Of a DNA stretch of 64,000 bases, positions 27,520 to 43,127 are shown in pieces (the first letter of the stretch is position 1; each line of letters opens with the position of its first letter). The translations under genes were made by a program, and so were the position numbers. Origin of the DNA: Octopus sinensis. Taxonomy: Eukaryota. The stretch lies in NCBI RefSeq assembly GCF_006345805.1, contig NC_042997.1, forward strand, positions 203,298,001 through 203,362,000, written 5' to 3'. Below the pieces are notes generated by a model that searched no databases, was not told the origin of the DNA, and was given only the letters and a program-made list of their open reading frames with translations.

Positions 27520-28025
27520 GAGGAGGAAAGCTGCATCAAGAAATACCAATCTCTAGTTGTATACGAAACATGTGGAAGGGATAGAGCCAGGAAGACATGG
27601 GAAGAAATGGTGAGAAAGGATCTCTGGACATTGTACCTAACAGAGGGGATAACAAGGGACCAAAACTTCTGGTGGTTTGCTGTGTTTGAGAAGACCTGTC
27701 AAGCTAAGTAAAATCATGGTTGTCCTTGCATTCAGGCACATCCCCTACATCTCTCTTCAGCTTAGTGATCCTAATGTTACAGACTCGTGGGTACTGGTAC
27801 CATGTAAAAAAAAACCTTTATGCCAGTGTCACATAAAAGCACCCATGTTGGTGCCACATAAAAGTACTCAGAACACACTGTAATGTGGTTAGCATTAGGA
27901 ATGGCATCCAGCCATAGAAACCATGCCAAAACAGACATGGAGCCCAGGCAGCTCTTCAGCTGGCAAGCTCCTGTTAAAACAACCGAACCCATGACAGCAT
28001 GGAAAGTGGACATTAAAATGATGAG
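27520..28025 (+). mobile_element. RTE LINE 3' fragment
   Basis: EESCIKKYQSL...GRDRARKTWEEMVRKDL...DQNFWWFAV is homologous to the 20443 copy; RTE-type tail near 28020. Confidence 0.7.
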
Positions 28026-28492
28026 GACAATGATTTTGAAGAATCTAAAACAAGGTTGTTTGATAATACCAAGATAATAGGGATGATACATAGAAATCAT
28101 CCTTGAAAAACAGGCTATCACTTTCAGAGACAAGCAAGTATCTCTAGTCAGAAGGGATAATATTGAAATAGAGATATCAGAATATGATATCAATGATTGT
28201 AGAAGATAGAGGCTGCTTATGAAAAGTTAGAGATAATACCACAACTTTGTTGGTTTGTAGACAAATTCAAATGATAGAAAAAAAAAGCTATCACATTTCT
28301 CCAAGATGAATTATAAAGTTGGGAGGTCAAATGAGAAGAACCAACAAAATCCTACCGTTAACAAATGATAATCATATTGCATAGAAAGCAATTTGATAAT
28401 GAGCACAAATATCAGCTAGGAGAAGATTTATACAGAAAGCAAAGAGAATATGAATAAGATAGACCTGGATTTCTAAAGATTTTCATATCTTG

Positions 28493-28656
28493 TTAACCCC
28501 TTTAGTTACAGAATTTCTGTTGAAGTTCATTGCATTTGTTTCAGTTAATTTTGAAAATAATTAAGAATTTAGTAAAATAACTTTAGATAATTTTAAAACT
28601 GGAAGTTTGTACCAAAGGACCAGGAACAGTCTCCGGTAGGTTATCCATGGGGTTAA
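28493..28656 (+). mobile_element. Diverged piggyBac-type MITE
   Basis: TTAA-CCCCTTTAGTTAC ... GGGG-TTAA, with an internal AAGAATTTAGTAAAATAACTT shared with 4-232. Confidence 0.65.
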
Positions 28657-28926
28657 TTGTAATTTTACCCAGTTCAATCAGTCATTAGTAATAGCACCTT
28701 TAATAATAATACATATTTCCTACAGGTTGTTTTCAAGAGAAAAGTATGCACCTACACTATACATAAAACAAATGTTAATAGTTTTCTTTTATAAATTTCT
28801 GAAACTTATCAAGTAATAGAGTGGACAGTAGTTAGGATAAACACTTTCAAGTGGATCTTTATCTGAGATCAGATCATAATAGATACAACATTGCTTTTCA
28901 TTGCTTTGAGATCAATAATATATTTT

Positions 28927-29160
28927 AGGTGCACGGCCTAGTGGTTAGGGTATTGAATTCACAATCGCAAGATCATAGTTTCTATTCTTGGACAGGGCAA
29001 TGCATTGTGCTCTTGAACAGAACTCTTCATTTCACTTTACACCAGTCCACTCAGCTGTAAATGAGTTACCCTGTGATAGACTGGCATCCCTTTCAGGAGG
29101 AATATTGTAATCTCTGACACTTATACACTGGAGAAACTGGGTAATGGTCCAATAAGTCTT
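28927..29160 (+). mobile_element. tRNA-headed SINE, further family
   Basis: Head GGCCTAGTGGTTAGGG and body CCTGTGATAGACTGGCATCCC. Related heads at about 32530 and 63660. Confidence 0.5.
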
Positions 29161-29744
29161 GAAATTTGAGACAGTAATATCCAAGGGTTGATGATGATGA
29201 GTATTTTAGTTATAGTCAATTCTATCATCCTGCCTACACACAACAAAATAAAATTGACACAAAGAATACATTATTTATAGAATCTCAACAGAAATATTAT
29301 GCATACATGTGTGTGTGTGTGTTTATGTCCCCACAGCTTAGTGGTTTGGCCAAAGAGACTGATAGAATAAGTACTAGGCTTAGAAAAAATAAGTTCTGGG
29401 GTCAATTTGTTTAACTAAAGGTGGTGCTCCAGCACGGCCACAGTCAAATGAATGAAAGAATAAAAGAATATATATGCACACACACACACGACTAAATTAT
29501 TCATGATATTTTGAAGGTACAAAAAAAAAATAACTATCTTCTAATACTTTAGTAGTTATTAATGCGTTGTCAGTAACTTCAGATGCATATAAATTCACAC
29601 TTTTAGATATTGCATACAAAACATCCTGATCACAAGATTTCTTGTGGCAACTGAGTAAAAAGAAGAAAAAAAAGAGAGAATAATTTGAATAATATATATA
29701 AATACTGCATGCAATGAATATAATAAAAAAAAATTGGTGAAATC

Positions 29745-29900
29745 ATACATACAGACATACAGATATACAGACATACATACATTACAGACAGACATACACA
29801 GACAGACAGACAGACAGACAGACAGGCATGCATACAGACAGACAGACAGGCATGCATACATACATACATACATACATACATACATACAGACAGACAGACA
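29745..29900. repeat. (ACAG)n/(ACAT)n compound microsatellite
   Basis: Directly visible. Confidence 0.95.
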
Positions 29901-31915
29901 TCTACTTTTCCATGCTTCCATAAATCAGATGGAGTTTAAGAGAAATTTGTGAAAGCTGGATGCCCATCCTGTCTCTTGTTTCTAAGCAAGATATTTCCTT
30001 GTGGCCAGATTTATTTTTTTAGAGAATATTGGAAATAATTTACACTCACAATTATAATGCAATGTTAAGACAAAGAAATAAAAATATACATACTCACTCT
30101 CACACAAACAAATGCGAGTGTGCATGCATGTTCAGACTGCCCTTCTGCTGGAAAATGAAGTTGGTGTTCGCATGAGGTTCTGTAAAATCTCTTAACACCC
30201 AAAACCTCATCCACATTTAGATAAATATACAAAAAGTAGTGTAAAACTTGTATATATGATTTATATTGCACAATATATTACCCATTATTATTCTGTTTGT
30301 ATTCTCATGTTGCATGCTGGCATGGGTTACACTGTTTAATAAGTTCCTGCAGGTCCAAGTGTCTGTTTTGGCATGGTTTCTACAGCTGATGTCTTTCCTA
30401 ACACCAACCAAGCTACAGTGTGTACTAGGTACTCTCTTCATGGCACCAGCAATAATGAGGTTACCATATATCTTACAAAACTACAAACCCTGGAAGGGCA
30501 ACTTTATGCTAGAAAGTATGAGAGAAGGAGCCAGAGCAAAATAGGCTTCTTGCTGTATGACAACTCACATTTTAGAAGAGAGGGCAACAGTTATCAGGCA
30601 GTGGCGAGGTGTTTGGATACCCTCAAAAAAGAGTTCTATTATCTGAAGGATTGCACATGGTAGGAAGTTAAGAAAAAATTATGTGGATTACCAAATAAAC
30701 TGCTAAATGTATATGCGTGTATGCATTTACTGGTATAATAGCCGATATGAACACAAGTTGATTCCTCTAGTCACATTTTACATCATATGAAGAGGAAGAA
30801 TAAAAGAGACAGAGAGAGTTAATATAAGAGGTGCAGAGTTAGTGCCCATACAAGGCTGGTGGCAGGCAAAGAGTACAAGAATACTATATCCACACACAAG
30901 ACAAAGATGCATAGAGACAGAAGGAGAAGGAATGACAGAATAATTATATAAAAAAGAAATTCTTGTTTAACTTAATTTCAAGGTAAATATTATTCTCTTG
31001 AAAATTAGCATAAGCAGCAAGGAACTTGATAAAAGTTAAATCATAATTATTGGTGGCAAAAGTATACTTTCAAAGTTACCTATCATATCACAGGAATGGT
31101 TCTAATATATATGTGTGTATGCATGTGTCATCATCATTTAATGTATGTTTTCCATACTGGCATGGGTTGAATGACTTAAAACTGGTAAGCTGGAGAGCTG
31201 CACCAGGTTTCAATCTGATTTGGAATGGTTTCTACAGCTAGATGCCCTTCCTAATGCCAACCACTCCAAGACTGTAGTGGATGCTCTTTACATGCCACTG
31301 GCATGGGTGCCAGTTACGAAACACTGGCATCAGCCATGACCCCACTTGGCTTCACACATACACAGAGTTAAACATATATTCTCAGTGATTTATTGAAGGA
31401 ACTGCTTAAGAGGAAAACAAGGCGAGGCAGACAAAAACAGCATACAGACAATGTTAAAGAATGGACAAATATTTAACAGAGACCCAAGATCTGGCATGCA
31501 ACCACAAACGAAAATACAAAGCAGTAGTTGTATAACTTCATTAGAAGTTGTGGACCCAAAATAATACAACATACACAAAAACTGAAAATTACAACTACTT
31601 TAACACAACTTGGGCCAAATCTATAAGGTAGATTGACAGGGTGAAAACCAGAAAAAATTGGGGACTTTCAGAGGAACTATTTAAAAATAGTGGACCGAAA
31701 GTATAGCAACCTGAAATATTTGGTGATGCTTGCTGGTGCCTTCCACATCCCTACCCTTCTCTACCCACTGTTCTATGTCAAAGTTAGTAGTATCCACTTT
31801 CTATAAAAACTGGGACGTCTACACAAAAATGTCAATAGCAGCAGAACCTGATACATGCCATACTTTAGAAGAATCTAAGCAAGACTAAAATAACCTGAGT
31901 TTATAGAAATATTAT

Positions 31916-32101
31916 TTAACTCCTTTGTTACTATATTTCTGTTAATACACTGCCTTCCTTTTATTTTTGAAAATAATTAATTTAGTAAAATATTAATAAG
32001 CTGGTGTTTGGAACATAAATTAACATGAAATTTTGATGGAAAGTTTAAGTTAAAACAATTTTGTTTTATAGAATCAGGTGAGTTGATATCAAAAGGGTTA
32101 A
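31916..32101 (+). mobile_element. Diverged piggyBac-type MITE
   Basis: TTAA-CTCCTTTGTTAC ... ATCAAAAGGG-TTAA, with internal AAGCTGGTGTTTGGAACATAAATT. Confidence 0.7.
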
Positions 32102-34334
32102 AGAATGCTTCATGTTATTTTAATTTTGTAAAGTGTATGAAGAAGTTGACTAAAATTAAACAGGGAACACACTACAGATATGTGTAATGTTGACAACCAC
32201 AAACACACATACTTAACAGTAACAGGAATAACCCAATTGAGGAGCCTCTTCATGGTACTCTATCTTCTAGAAATAGCAACCAAATCCCCTGTAAATCACA
32301 CTGTACTATCTTAGTGGGGAAAAAAAGAGAACAAAGTTTTCAGTATATCTGAAAACAAGCTAAGTTGGGATGACCAAAGATAGAATATATCTCATAAGGC
32401 TGATAGATTAAAGCCGACCTGGGGCCACACAACAATAAAACCAACAATATAATCTACAGAGTCTGGCTGCTGTGTTTACAAGTCCAGGTAAAATCTAAAA
32501 TTATTGAAATAATCATTGTTTAAGTGCACTGCCTGGTGGTTAGGGTGTTGGGCTCACAACCATAAGGTTGTGGTTCAATTCCAGACAGGCAAAAGGGGAC
32601 ACATTGCATCCTTCAATAAAGTACCTTATTTCATGTTGCTCTGGTCCAATCAGATGAAACAAGTACCAACTAACTGCTAGTGCCACTATCTCTCCCCTCC
32701 ATGATTGGTATGATGCTGAGCTACCTATGTCTGCTCACGGCTACATGACCACCTAAAGCAATAATTGAAAGTGTGATATAAGTTACCAGGTCATACTTAC
32801 TTGCAAGCAACAGTTCAATGCATGCAGTGCTTATTTCTCAATTACACTTCAGCTGTTATTTGCTGTGTGCATGTGTGCATACATGTGTGAAGTAGACAGG
32901 AGATTTGAAATTGTGTAACCTTATAAAGTTTGTAATTGAAAAGGTGACCACAAAGATATGTACACATACAGGCATATGGTACCTTTAGACTACTGGATAA
33001 AATATTGATTACAACATAGCATAGACACATAGATACAAGTTTGATTATTACAAAACATCTCAGAAATATAGACATGTAGCAACAGATCCAAACTGAAGTA
33101 GGCCACAAAAGATCTGTTTGAAATAGAAATTTAATTGCTGTCTATTTGCCTTCAGAAAAGAAATTAAAAACAGTTATAAAATCTTTAAAAAAATAGAGAC
33201 AGACAAACAGACAGAGACCTAATCCTCCATTCATAATTTCATAGATTCAAATTAAAAGTATTAATCAGTTACAATACAATAAATAATAATAAAATGAGCA
33301 ATGTTCTCTTTGTTAATTATGTGCGAGTGAATTAGCTATTAATTCCTATTGAACACCACCAACCATTGAACTCTATGTCGCGTTTTGTCAAGCAGAAAAA
33401 GTTTAACCATTTCCAATCGGACATCAGAAAGAAATGGTTTTGTATAAAACTGCAAGCTATTCTGTTTGGGTTGGAAATAATGGAGGCAATATCAAATTTC
33501 TAAAGTCAATAAGAAGATAAATGGAGAGTCAGCAACAAAGCCAGAAGTAGTGGATTGAACTAATAGCAAATGATTGCATAATATTTAATCAGTTATTAAA
33601 TAGAAATCAAAATTCAATTTTAGAAAAAGCAATTTAATAAATATAGATGATGGCAACACTTAATTGTAAATGATAAAGTTGATTTCATTGCTTTTATTCA
33701 GCAAGTCCACACACTATGTTTAACGAAAATATCAAAAGATTAAAACCAGAAATCTAACATTAATCCTGAATTAAGACTAACAACAAAACTAATACCAAAA
33801 ATTCAGATTAGAAGCTTATATCCAATGGAGTAATATAAGCAGTAAGTTTTTTTATTTCTCTCTCTATTTTAGTCAAATGAGTGTATGACTAAATATTTCT
33901 GAAAGAAAATGTTTTTCTTATCTACATTGAAATTTCTTAAGAAAAACACTTGCTATATGTGCAAGTATGGTTCTGTAGCTATGAAGTTCACTTCGCAACC
34001 ATGTGGCTTTAGGTTCAATCTCAACGCATGGCATCTTGGACAAAGATCAAAGATTTGTGAGTGGATTTGTTAGCTCAGAACCTGAAAATATATATGTGCA
34101 TATAAACGTGCATGCATGTGTGTGTGTGAGTGAGTATCTCCTTGTCAATGTTGCAAGCTAATTGTAAACAAACATCACTGTTATATAAGTGGTGGTGTTT
34201 GTTTGCAATATTCCATGAAAATATGTCCAGCCATTATGCTGTTCACATTTGAAGGACTAGGAGGAAATACTATCTTGTCTGAAAACAAGTGAAGATTAGT
34301 GTTGTGCAAAGTATCTGGCTGTAGAAGATTTATC

Positions 34335-34717
34335 TTAACATTTTCATTAGCAAATTTCTGTTGAGATACACTTCATTTGTTTCAGTAAGTGACACGTGGG
34401 GTTTCGAACATAAATTAACATGAAATTTTGATGGAAAGTTTTAATCAAAATAATTTTAAAAGAGGGAGCTTATATCATAGGATCAGGTGTGGATTAACCG
34501 TTTAGCATTTAAACCAGTCACATCCAACCCAAATATTCTACTTGCTTTATGTTTAAACTGACTAGTTCCAGCCCCTCACACCTACCCTACAATGTCATTT
34601 AAAAAAATAAAGAATCACACCATTGAAATCTTGAGCAATGTGAATAAATAAGCATCACATTTGACAGAGTAACCTGAATGCTAAAGGGTTACGGTAGGTT
34701 GGTATCAAAAGGGTTAA
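34335..34717 (+). mobile_element. piggyBac-type MITE containing a nested second TTAA MITE (34494-34691)
   Basis: The outer element resembles 31916-32101 and ends ATCAAAAGGG-TTAA. The inner element runs TTAA-CCGTTTAGCATT ... AATGCTAAAGGG-TTA. Confidence 0.7.
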
Positions 34718-36000
34718 TGAATTTCATCTGATCCATGAAAGTATGGAACACTGAATACTAAAACATACACTAAAACACACACACAATCTCGCTAAAAACG
34801 GGGGAGGGGGCTCAGATTTCATGCTTTGAAGATTCCACCAATGTGTAACAATTTAAACTTGAAATTGATGTAAAGTATAAAGTTAACCTCTTTTCTCTAA
34901 ACACATGTTTAAGTGTGATGTAGTCACCTACATAGCCCCTGGGGGACAAACAATACTGTGCTTGATACCTTGCCATTGATATGAACCCTAAATCCCATCT
35001 CTTCCACTGTAAAATTTTGTAAATGATAAAAGTGCAACTATAAAACTTGAACAACTATAGTTTTAGTTGCAAAGAATTTCACACAAACAAAAAGGGGGTG
35101 AAAAAAACTGAAATGTTGATTTACTGAAAAATTCAATGTATCGTAATAAAATTTTAAAACCAAAATTTAGCTTAATCTATGTCTTGGGAAAAAGAGAGAG
35201 AGAGAGAAAGAGATTTGCTTTCATTGATGACTCCTTCAACTTCCTTTTGATGAACAGAAAATTTATTGCTGTTTTTTTTTTTGTTTGTTTGTTTGTTTGT
35301 TTTTTCTAGCTCAAGAATGTGAGAACAGGTGGAGAGTTCTGGATATTTGATGACACACTAACTCAGATATAAAGATTGGTGTTAATGTAATATAGTGAGA
35401 CAAGAAATATTTAAAATATTAAAATTACACTCGATGATGGGGAGAAAAAAAATGAACAATTAGATTAATTATCAACTTGCAGTACCCATGGGAGTTTCAT
35501 GGGTTTTTGAAAATTGTAAGATAGAATTGTATATCTTTCTGAAGCATTTGATTTTTGAAATGGTGTAAAAGATCACTTAAGTAATATTAAAGGTGCAATC
35601 TTAGTACACACACACTGCCTCCTCTTCTTACAACTATACCACATCCCCTGTGATAAACTCATTCTCTTTACCTCTTCTTGCAACTAACTAATTAACCATG
35701 TAACTTAATAACAATCCCTTTCTCTCACAGTTAATACTCTTCTTTCTCTTTTTACCTCTCCCTTCGACTAATCATGTAACAGTGTCATACATTTGGACTT
35801 AGCATATTAACATATAGATTCTGGTTAAGAGGCAAGAGAGATAAAAATCAAATTTTAATTGCATAACATTAATTACTACTGTAATGTAAACGATGCAGTT
35901 GGGAGTAAGTCTGATCTTGTCAATACAGTCACAATTCTGGACATGCTTCAGTTTAATTTGATCTCCACAGCAATGACCAGGACTGCTACACAAAATGTAC

Positions 36001-36041
<41 letters not shown>

Positions 36042-38172
36042 TCACCATTTAACGTTCATTTTCCATGCTGGCATGGGTTGGATGGTTTGACAGGAGCTGG
36101 CAAGCCAGAGAACTGCACCAAGCTCTGTCTGTCAATAACTAATAAGCCAAATATTCAAAGCCACCAACAACTTCTTGAAAAAATAAATATCAAGTTCCTT
36201 TAATTTAATGTTAAACTACACAAACACACTCTTGTGAATAAACATCAGAAATTTGACAGTTTGAAATAAAGGTTGGTGTTGGGGATCATATACTCAGGGA
36301 CAGGCTCTGCATGGAAAAACAAATGGTAAAGTCAGTGCTAACGTATTAGCTTTCTTTGAAATATCAAACCAAAGAATGCCTTCTCGCTGGTGAAGTGGCA
36401 AACAAAGTTTATCTCCCAGTTTACCCAATCACTGAACTCTTGTTTGTTGCCAACTTATCACTAACCAAGAAATAGTTTTGATTAAGTTGATCTACTGATG
36501 GTATATTAGCATCAAATTTAGAAATAAACTCCAATGGAGATAAGAGATAACATGTATGTTATAGGCTCACAACTAATAAAGATAGTGATGCCTTTCAAGA
36601 TGAGATAACAAAAAAAAAATGGTTTAACAGTAATGTAGACTGTTGAAGCTTTCTAGAAAAAGAATAGCATTTTGGGTGAATTTTCTGTTAACTGATTGTT
36701 GAGAGATGAGTTAATCATAATAGAAAAGTTTGCTTTTAGGTTTTCATGAAGAATGATTATAGCTTCAGCTAAGAGGAATCTTAAACAAGCAGCACAATGC
36801 TTGAAGATGGTTATTGCAATTTTAACTTGGTCACTTAAATAAAACAACTCCTCTATTCAGCTTAGTTAAGTAATAAAGTAGTAATAAGACCACAAAGTTA
36901 AACATTTAGATCTTTGATGACAATGACAATTATAACAGCCAAAAGGAATACCATTCTACTTGACTCAGTGTCCTAGAAATTCTGTAGAGAAACTGTTGAA
37001 ATGCAATTCAGAGGATTTATGATTAATCAATATTTTATTATAATTCAAAAATTACTTCAAAGATACTGCAGATATAAAACTTTACTGGTGATTGTAGCCA
37101 ACAAAGCCATCAAGATAAGCAGATATAAACAAGTAAACCCAATTACTAGAAACAATAAATTCAATATTCTCAACAGACTTTCAATGATATTCAGTCATAT
37201 CGACAGGAATAACATCTCCATAAAATGCTCGGTTTCAAAATGTAATATAAAAATAGAAAGAAAAGTGGAAGAGTGATGAGTGAAATAGCTTGTGATATTT
37301 AATAATGTTCATTTACATTCAGAGTTCAAATTCTGACTTTGCCTTTCATCTCTTTAGGGTCAATCCAATTGTCAAAATTCATCCCCTTCAAATATGTAGC
37401 CAGGCGCCAAAATTTCTCTCTATTAATCCTCTCAGATCAATGTTGTTTAACCAAAAGCTACTTAATGTATCAACAGTTTATAGTATTAGATTCAAAACTC
37501 ATGACCTGAATAGTTGTACATTTTAATCCAAATTAAGACCCATGGAATCCCCACTGAGAAATCTAAAAATTATTTCATTTTTTAAGGCCAGATGCATATG
37601 TTACTTCAGCTTCCGATTGATGAGCCCATCTAAGAGTTAAAGGGAAAACTCAACTAACACAACAATAATTATACACCTTTTTACTACAGCCAAACACAAT
37701 CAACTGTAGATAAGTGACAGAATTTCACAATTTGCATGCTGTCAGAATTTTCTTTTTAAAACAAATTCCTGAACTGCTGAAACATCTACACACCCTAACA
37801 GGAAATAAGATTATAAATAATTCAAAATATTTCTACATCAGATAAATTTCAGAATCTTTTCAAAATTTAAAAGCACAAGGGGGGGGGGAATGGATTGGTT
37901 TATTAAATTACTAAACTATTTAATTCTTAGTTTTAAAAGATAAAGAGCCAAACCCAAAGCATATTCCAGAAGACTGGTTCTAGAAACTTGACACTCTTTG
38001 GATAAGTTTAACAACCAGAATGGATAAGACACAGAAAAAATTTTTAAATGATGCAAGCAGTTTAATACAGGGTCACGAGATATTTAAGGTAAATTAAAAT
38101 ATCTGCAGAATGTTATTTATAATAATTTCAATGGAACAAGCAAATTATGAAGATTAGTGGAAATAATTAAGA

Positions 38173-38207
<35 letters not shown>

Positions 38208-41200
38208 CATACATATAGTCAGTCCATTCTGCTGAGTGGTTGGTGTTAGGAAGAGCATCTAGCTGTAAAAATCCTGCCAAAGCAGTCACAGAAGTCTGAT
38301 GCAGGTTTCAGCTTGGCCAGCTTTTGTGGTACTGTCCCACCCATGCTAGCATGGAACACAGACGTTAAATGATGAGGATTTTAATCATCAATTACTACCA
38401 CTCCCAAGCATTACACAATGTTTTCCACAAACAATTCTATAAAATAAGATAATTAAAAAAGAGTGGGTGTTTTTGGATAATAAACCTTCATCAGCAGAAA
38501 TATGGTAGAGTTGTCACTCAATTGCTCAGTTAAAAAAATGTTATCTCACTCCTAATTTTGTTTCTCCCCCCCCCCCCACACACACACACACAATGTCCAT
38601 ATTTAACCCTTATGTTGTTTCTGATGCTGAAAACAATGAAAATTATCACGACAAACTTCTTTAAGATTAGAAATTGTTATTATAATTTGTGAGGGAACAG
38701 AAGTGAGACTAAAACAGACAGATAAATTATATATTGTATAAACTATAACTTACATTAAAAATAGAGCCCACCCTTCTGTTTGTAGGTATGATACTTCAAT
38801 AAATCTCGCCACAAATATAAGCAAAGATAATGTATTTATTGCTAATGAGTGTTTCATTATAGACATAGTCTTGAACTCTTAAGTTTTTTAAAACTACTGA
38901 TTTTCTAAACTGTCATAAATTGAACATGTAAACAACTTATTGTTCGGATTGTCTTTGTAAGTTATTGTGCAATGTGGTAGGTACTTCTTACAAGTTATGT
39001 TCAATTTACTCTCCATTATTCTTAATATAATTTTAACATACATTTTCTCTCTATTGTTCATTACTTCATAAATATCTGTCCGTCTGTCTCAGTCTCTCAT
39101 TAGACATCATGCAAGACATTTCACACAGTCTTTCAATTCTATCTACTCAAACTATCCTTTCGATTTTAGATCAAGAGGATCTTACTCAACTTCTCCCTCC
39201 TATTATAAGGTTGGCAGGATTCACAATAATATACTTTTAACACAGCTTCCTGTTAGTCCACCACAATAAAAGTGAGAATCCCTTTCAAAACAACAAAACA
39301 TCTCTCTGATCTCTGGTATACACCAATGTAAGTATACGCAAACACACCTGCACTATGACTAGTTTCAATACTAAATGCCTCCAAATATGAATGTTATAGA
39401 TAAGACTTCGCCCTCCCATATCAAAACCAAATCAAAAATGATATATCAACTGATTAAAAGGAGCTAACGGTTAAATAATCCTAACCCAGAAACATATCCA
39501 AGACATATTTATTACTTGGAATGACAGAGTATTATATATTACAAAACTATAAACTATAGAAAGGAGACATTGAGTATAACTCTTGCCATTTTAACATCCA
39601 CTTTTCTATGCTAGCACAAGTGAGACATAATTCACTGAAGCAGATTTTTTCTATGGCCAGTGCAATATTTCCGCATAGACATGCTTTCATAAAAAATGGA
39701 CACAAACATCACTTGTATTATAATGGTGATGCTCTGTGTTATCCCATAACATAAGGTTTCCTCCCTCTCTACTGTAGCCGCACACAGTCAAAGGAGATCT
39801 TGATCTTGGGGGCTACAAGACAACCTCACTAGCGATGGTTCCATGAAAAAAGCACCCTGTACACACCAAAGTGGTTGGCATTAGGAAGGGCATCAAGCTG
39901 TAGAAACTATGCCAAAGCAAACACTAGAGCACAATGCAGCCTGTTGGATCCACTCAAACTGTCCAACCCATGCCAACATGGGACATGGACATTAAATGAT
40001 GTCAATATAGCTGAAACTCTACCATACACTATTGGTTACACAGTCAAGATTTTGATATAAAATATTAAACAAAATCAAGGTTACATGCTCTTCTATATCC
40101 TATATACTAATGTTAGCTACTTTTGGTGCTATTGGAAATATGGTTATGTCAAAACCTGACAAAAATATGAAAGAGCTTCTTGAATAAATAGAGGAATTTC
40201 TATCCTTTGATACACTGATTTATCAATCACAATTTTATCTCCTGCAAATATGATAAAGTTGACTGCCTAACATTTTATATTCGGAAAGAATGAATGTCTC
40301 ACCGACAGTGAGGAAAATAGGGAATTGTGATCTATTTTATAAAGGTCAGCAGTATTACAAAGAGCTAGAATTGAAACTGAATCCATTTTTACACTATGGA
40401 CACAGTCCATCATGAGCTTAGCTTCTCTATATTATTATTAACCAACCAATCTGCTGATGCAACTAAATTTTCCTGAAACATTTAATATTTTGAATGTTAA
40501 GGCAACATGCCCAAAAGATTTGGTAAGATTCAATTCAACATAGTGAGAAAGCCAACTGAACAATGAAATGTTGTGAAAACCAGAACTTGACATATAAGCA
40601 CAAGCTAATAGTTCTTTCAGGTTAAATATTTGTTTATACTAGGTTAGCTGTTCTAGTAGTTTACACTACTGCCAAGATTTTACAACCAATAAACAAACTG
40701 AGAGCTGCATGCATCAGTGGTATGCTGGAATAAACTGTCAAAAGCTACACTGTATTTAAACATTACCACCAAGTGTTTAGTTATTTCTGTACTACGGCTC
40801 TGTTTAAACAGAAATGACAACATCATTAACAAACTTAAGTGTGGTAAAAAAAGTTTGCTTTCCAACCATAGTTTCAAGTTCTATCCCACTGCATGGTACC
40901 TTGGACAGGTATCAGCTATACTCACAAATTGATCAACACCTAGTAAATAGGATTTGGTGAACAAAATCTGAAAGAAGTCAGGTAGGTGGGTGGATGGATA
41001 AGTAGGTAGGTGTATGTGAGTGGGTAAGAGTCGCTTTGTCCTGACACTGCATGATAGTTTTAAACAAGTGCCATTGTCAAACAAGCAGTGTCAATCATTT
41101 TCAATCTTCTGTGAAAACATGCCTGGCCATGAAGAAAAATTAATTACTTCAAAACAAGTAAGGGTTGGCCATGAAGAAATATTAATTACTTCAAAACAAG

Positions 41201-43127
41201 GGTTGGTGACAGGATGGGCATCTGGCTGTAAAAAATATGCTATAACAAATTGTCTCCAGCCTATGCAAGCATGCAAAAGTGGACATTAAACTGATTATAT
41301 ATATGTACATATGCACACACTTATGTGTGCATGCATGTGTGTTTACATTTGCACTTCTCAAAAATTGCAGAGCTACAAGTTGTAATGATGTAATTTCCCC
41401 ATCAACAAAATCATCCACTGGTTTTGTGCTTTTGAAGGTGTGTGGAGAGACCTTGCTGCAAAACAGGTAAATTTAGGAACAGAAAGAGCACCCAACTGTA
41501 AAGCAATACCTCACTATATTCATCTAACCTATACTAATATGGTAAAATAGATACAAAAATGAACAATCTTGTTTTTATCTTTGAGCATATTTAAATTCTC
41601 CTATAATACAAGCATTAATTCTAAAATCACAAAGTCATGTGGAGGGGTAGGCTTAAACTGTTGTCCAGTTTAACACCATGACCTGGCCCTAGGATGCTTT
41701 CATAGAATTTACTCTGTTGCAAGCACTCATGGGGCCAAGTCTCCAGTTTGAATCCACCCATAACAGGGAACCAAAGAGTTCCCAGGCAACCTTAGTTCCA
41801 AATCCTATATGATTCCAAATTTAAATTGAAGATGTAGCTAAGTACAGACCCTTCAGTAGAACTACTCCCACACTAAATATATTGTTAATCCTAAATTTAG
41901 GCTTCCTCAACCATCATAGCCCCTGCCTCCCTTAACTACAACATGTGGTATCTATAAAATCAAATCTTTTTAGGTCAAACAAAATGAAAACTTTCTTCTC
42001 TCCTTGTACCAATATCATTGAAAAATAAAGATTATATAGTCATAAATCTAAACTACATAATATCCATTTTAATTATCCTTCACAAAATTTATCACAAAGT
42101 CAATCAGTATCATACCAGATGTTAAAGATAAATTTGCATAAGTCTTCTTCTTCATAAACAGCTGTAAACATTACTTCTTCACTGACTCCACAAGGTGAAA
42201 TATAACCTCTTGTAATATATATTACTCAGTCAGATTTTTGTCTAGAATATTATAACAAAAACAGCTTTTAAGTATTTTATTTAATCCAACAGGTTTACGG
42301 TTTTGAAATAATTGCTTTAGCCTCTTTGAAACTGCTAGGCTTTCTTCTTTTAATGTTCTAACTCCCGCATAGTTCAGCCAATATTACTTGAAATAGTCGA
42401 TATCAATAATATTTTTCAACTTTGAAATTAACAGAAATGTCAATTTTGCTGATGAATTTAACATTTGCATAGTGTTATTGATTGTCTGACATTAGCCTAC
42501 ACTTTAGTTTATTTTATAAATATATAAACATTTATATAGCAAGATTAAACAGAAACACACATACAATTTCACAAATTGTATAAACAACAAATGAACATGT
42601 ATGTAAAATACAAATACGTAATATAAATACACAGTACAATGCAACGAAAATATACACTAGTTTTATATAAACTTTATATGAAGTAAAATTATCAGTAAAG
42701 CTATCTAAAATAATATTCATCTTGTTGGCACAGAATTTGATACGTAAAAGTATTTTCTTCTCCAACAATCAATTTTACACATAGGAAATAATTATTAGAG
42801 GACAGAGACATTATCATTGCTTCTACAACACACCCTCTAGCTCTGTAACTGACACGTTAACAAAATGTTAATTTCAGTTTTTCGCTTAGAAACAAGATAC
42901 AGTGTTAGATTGGTGACAATAGCAAATAAAATGAGGTCAGAAAAATAACAGAAGATACAAAAGAAAAATCATTCTTAGATCTGAGAGAGAACATTTCCAT
43001 TTCATAAGGAAGACAAGACAAAGTACAAAGTCACAAAGAAACGCTATAACTTCCACTAAGTCTCAAAGATAGAGTTTAAAAGCTAAACTTTTGTAGTCAT
43101 CCTCAAAAGAAATATACAAATAAATAG

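Noticed and set aside
36990-37230. Hydrophobic minus-strand frame that reads through if TGA is Trp, suggesting a NUMT; FYGDVIP also resembles a channel pore motif
   Set aside because: No recognisable mitochondrial protein motif, TAG/TAA stops follow, and AT-rich DNA yields such frames by chance.
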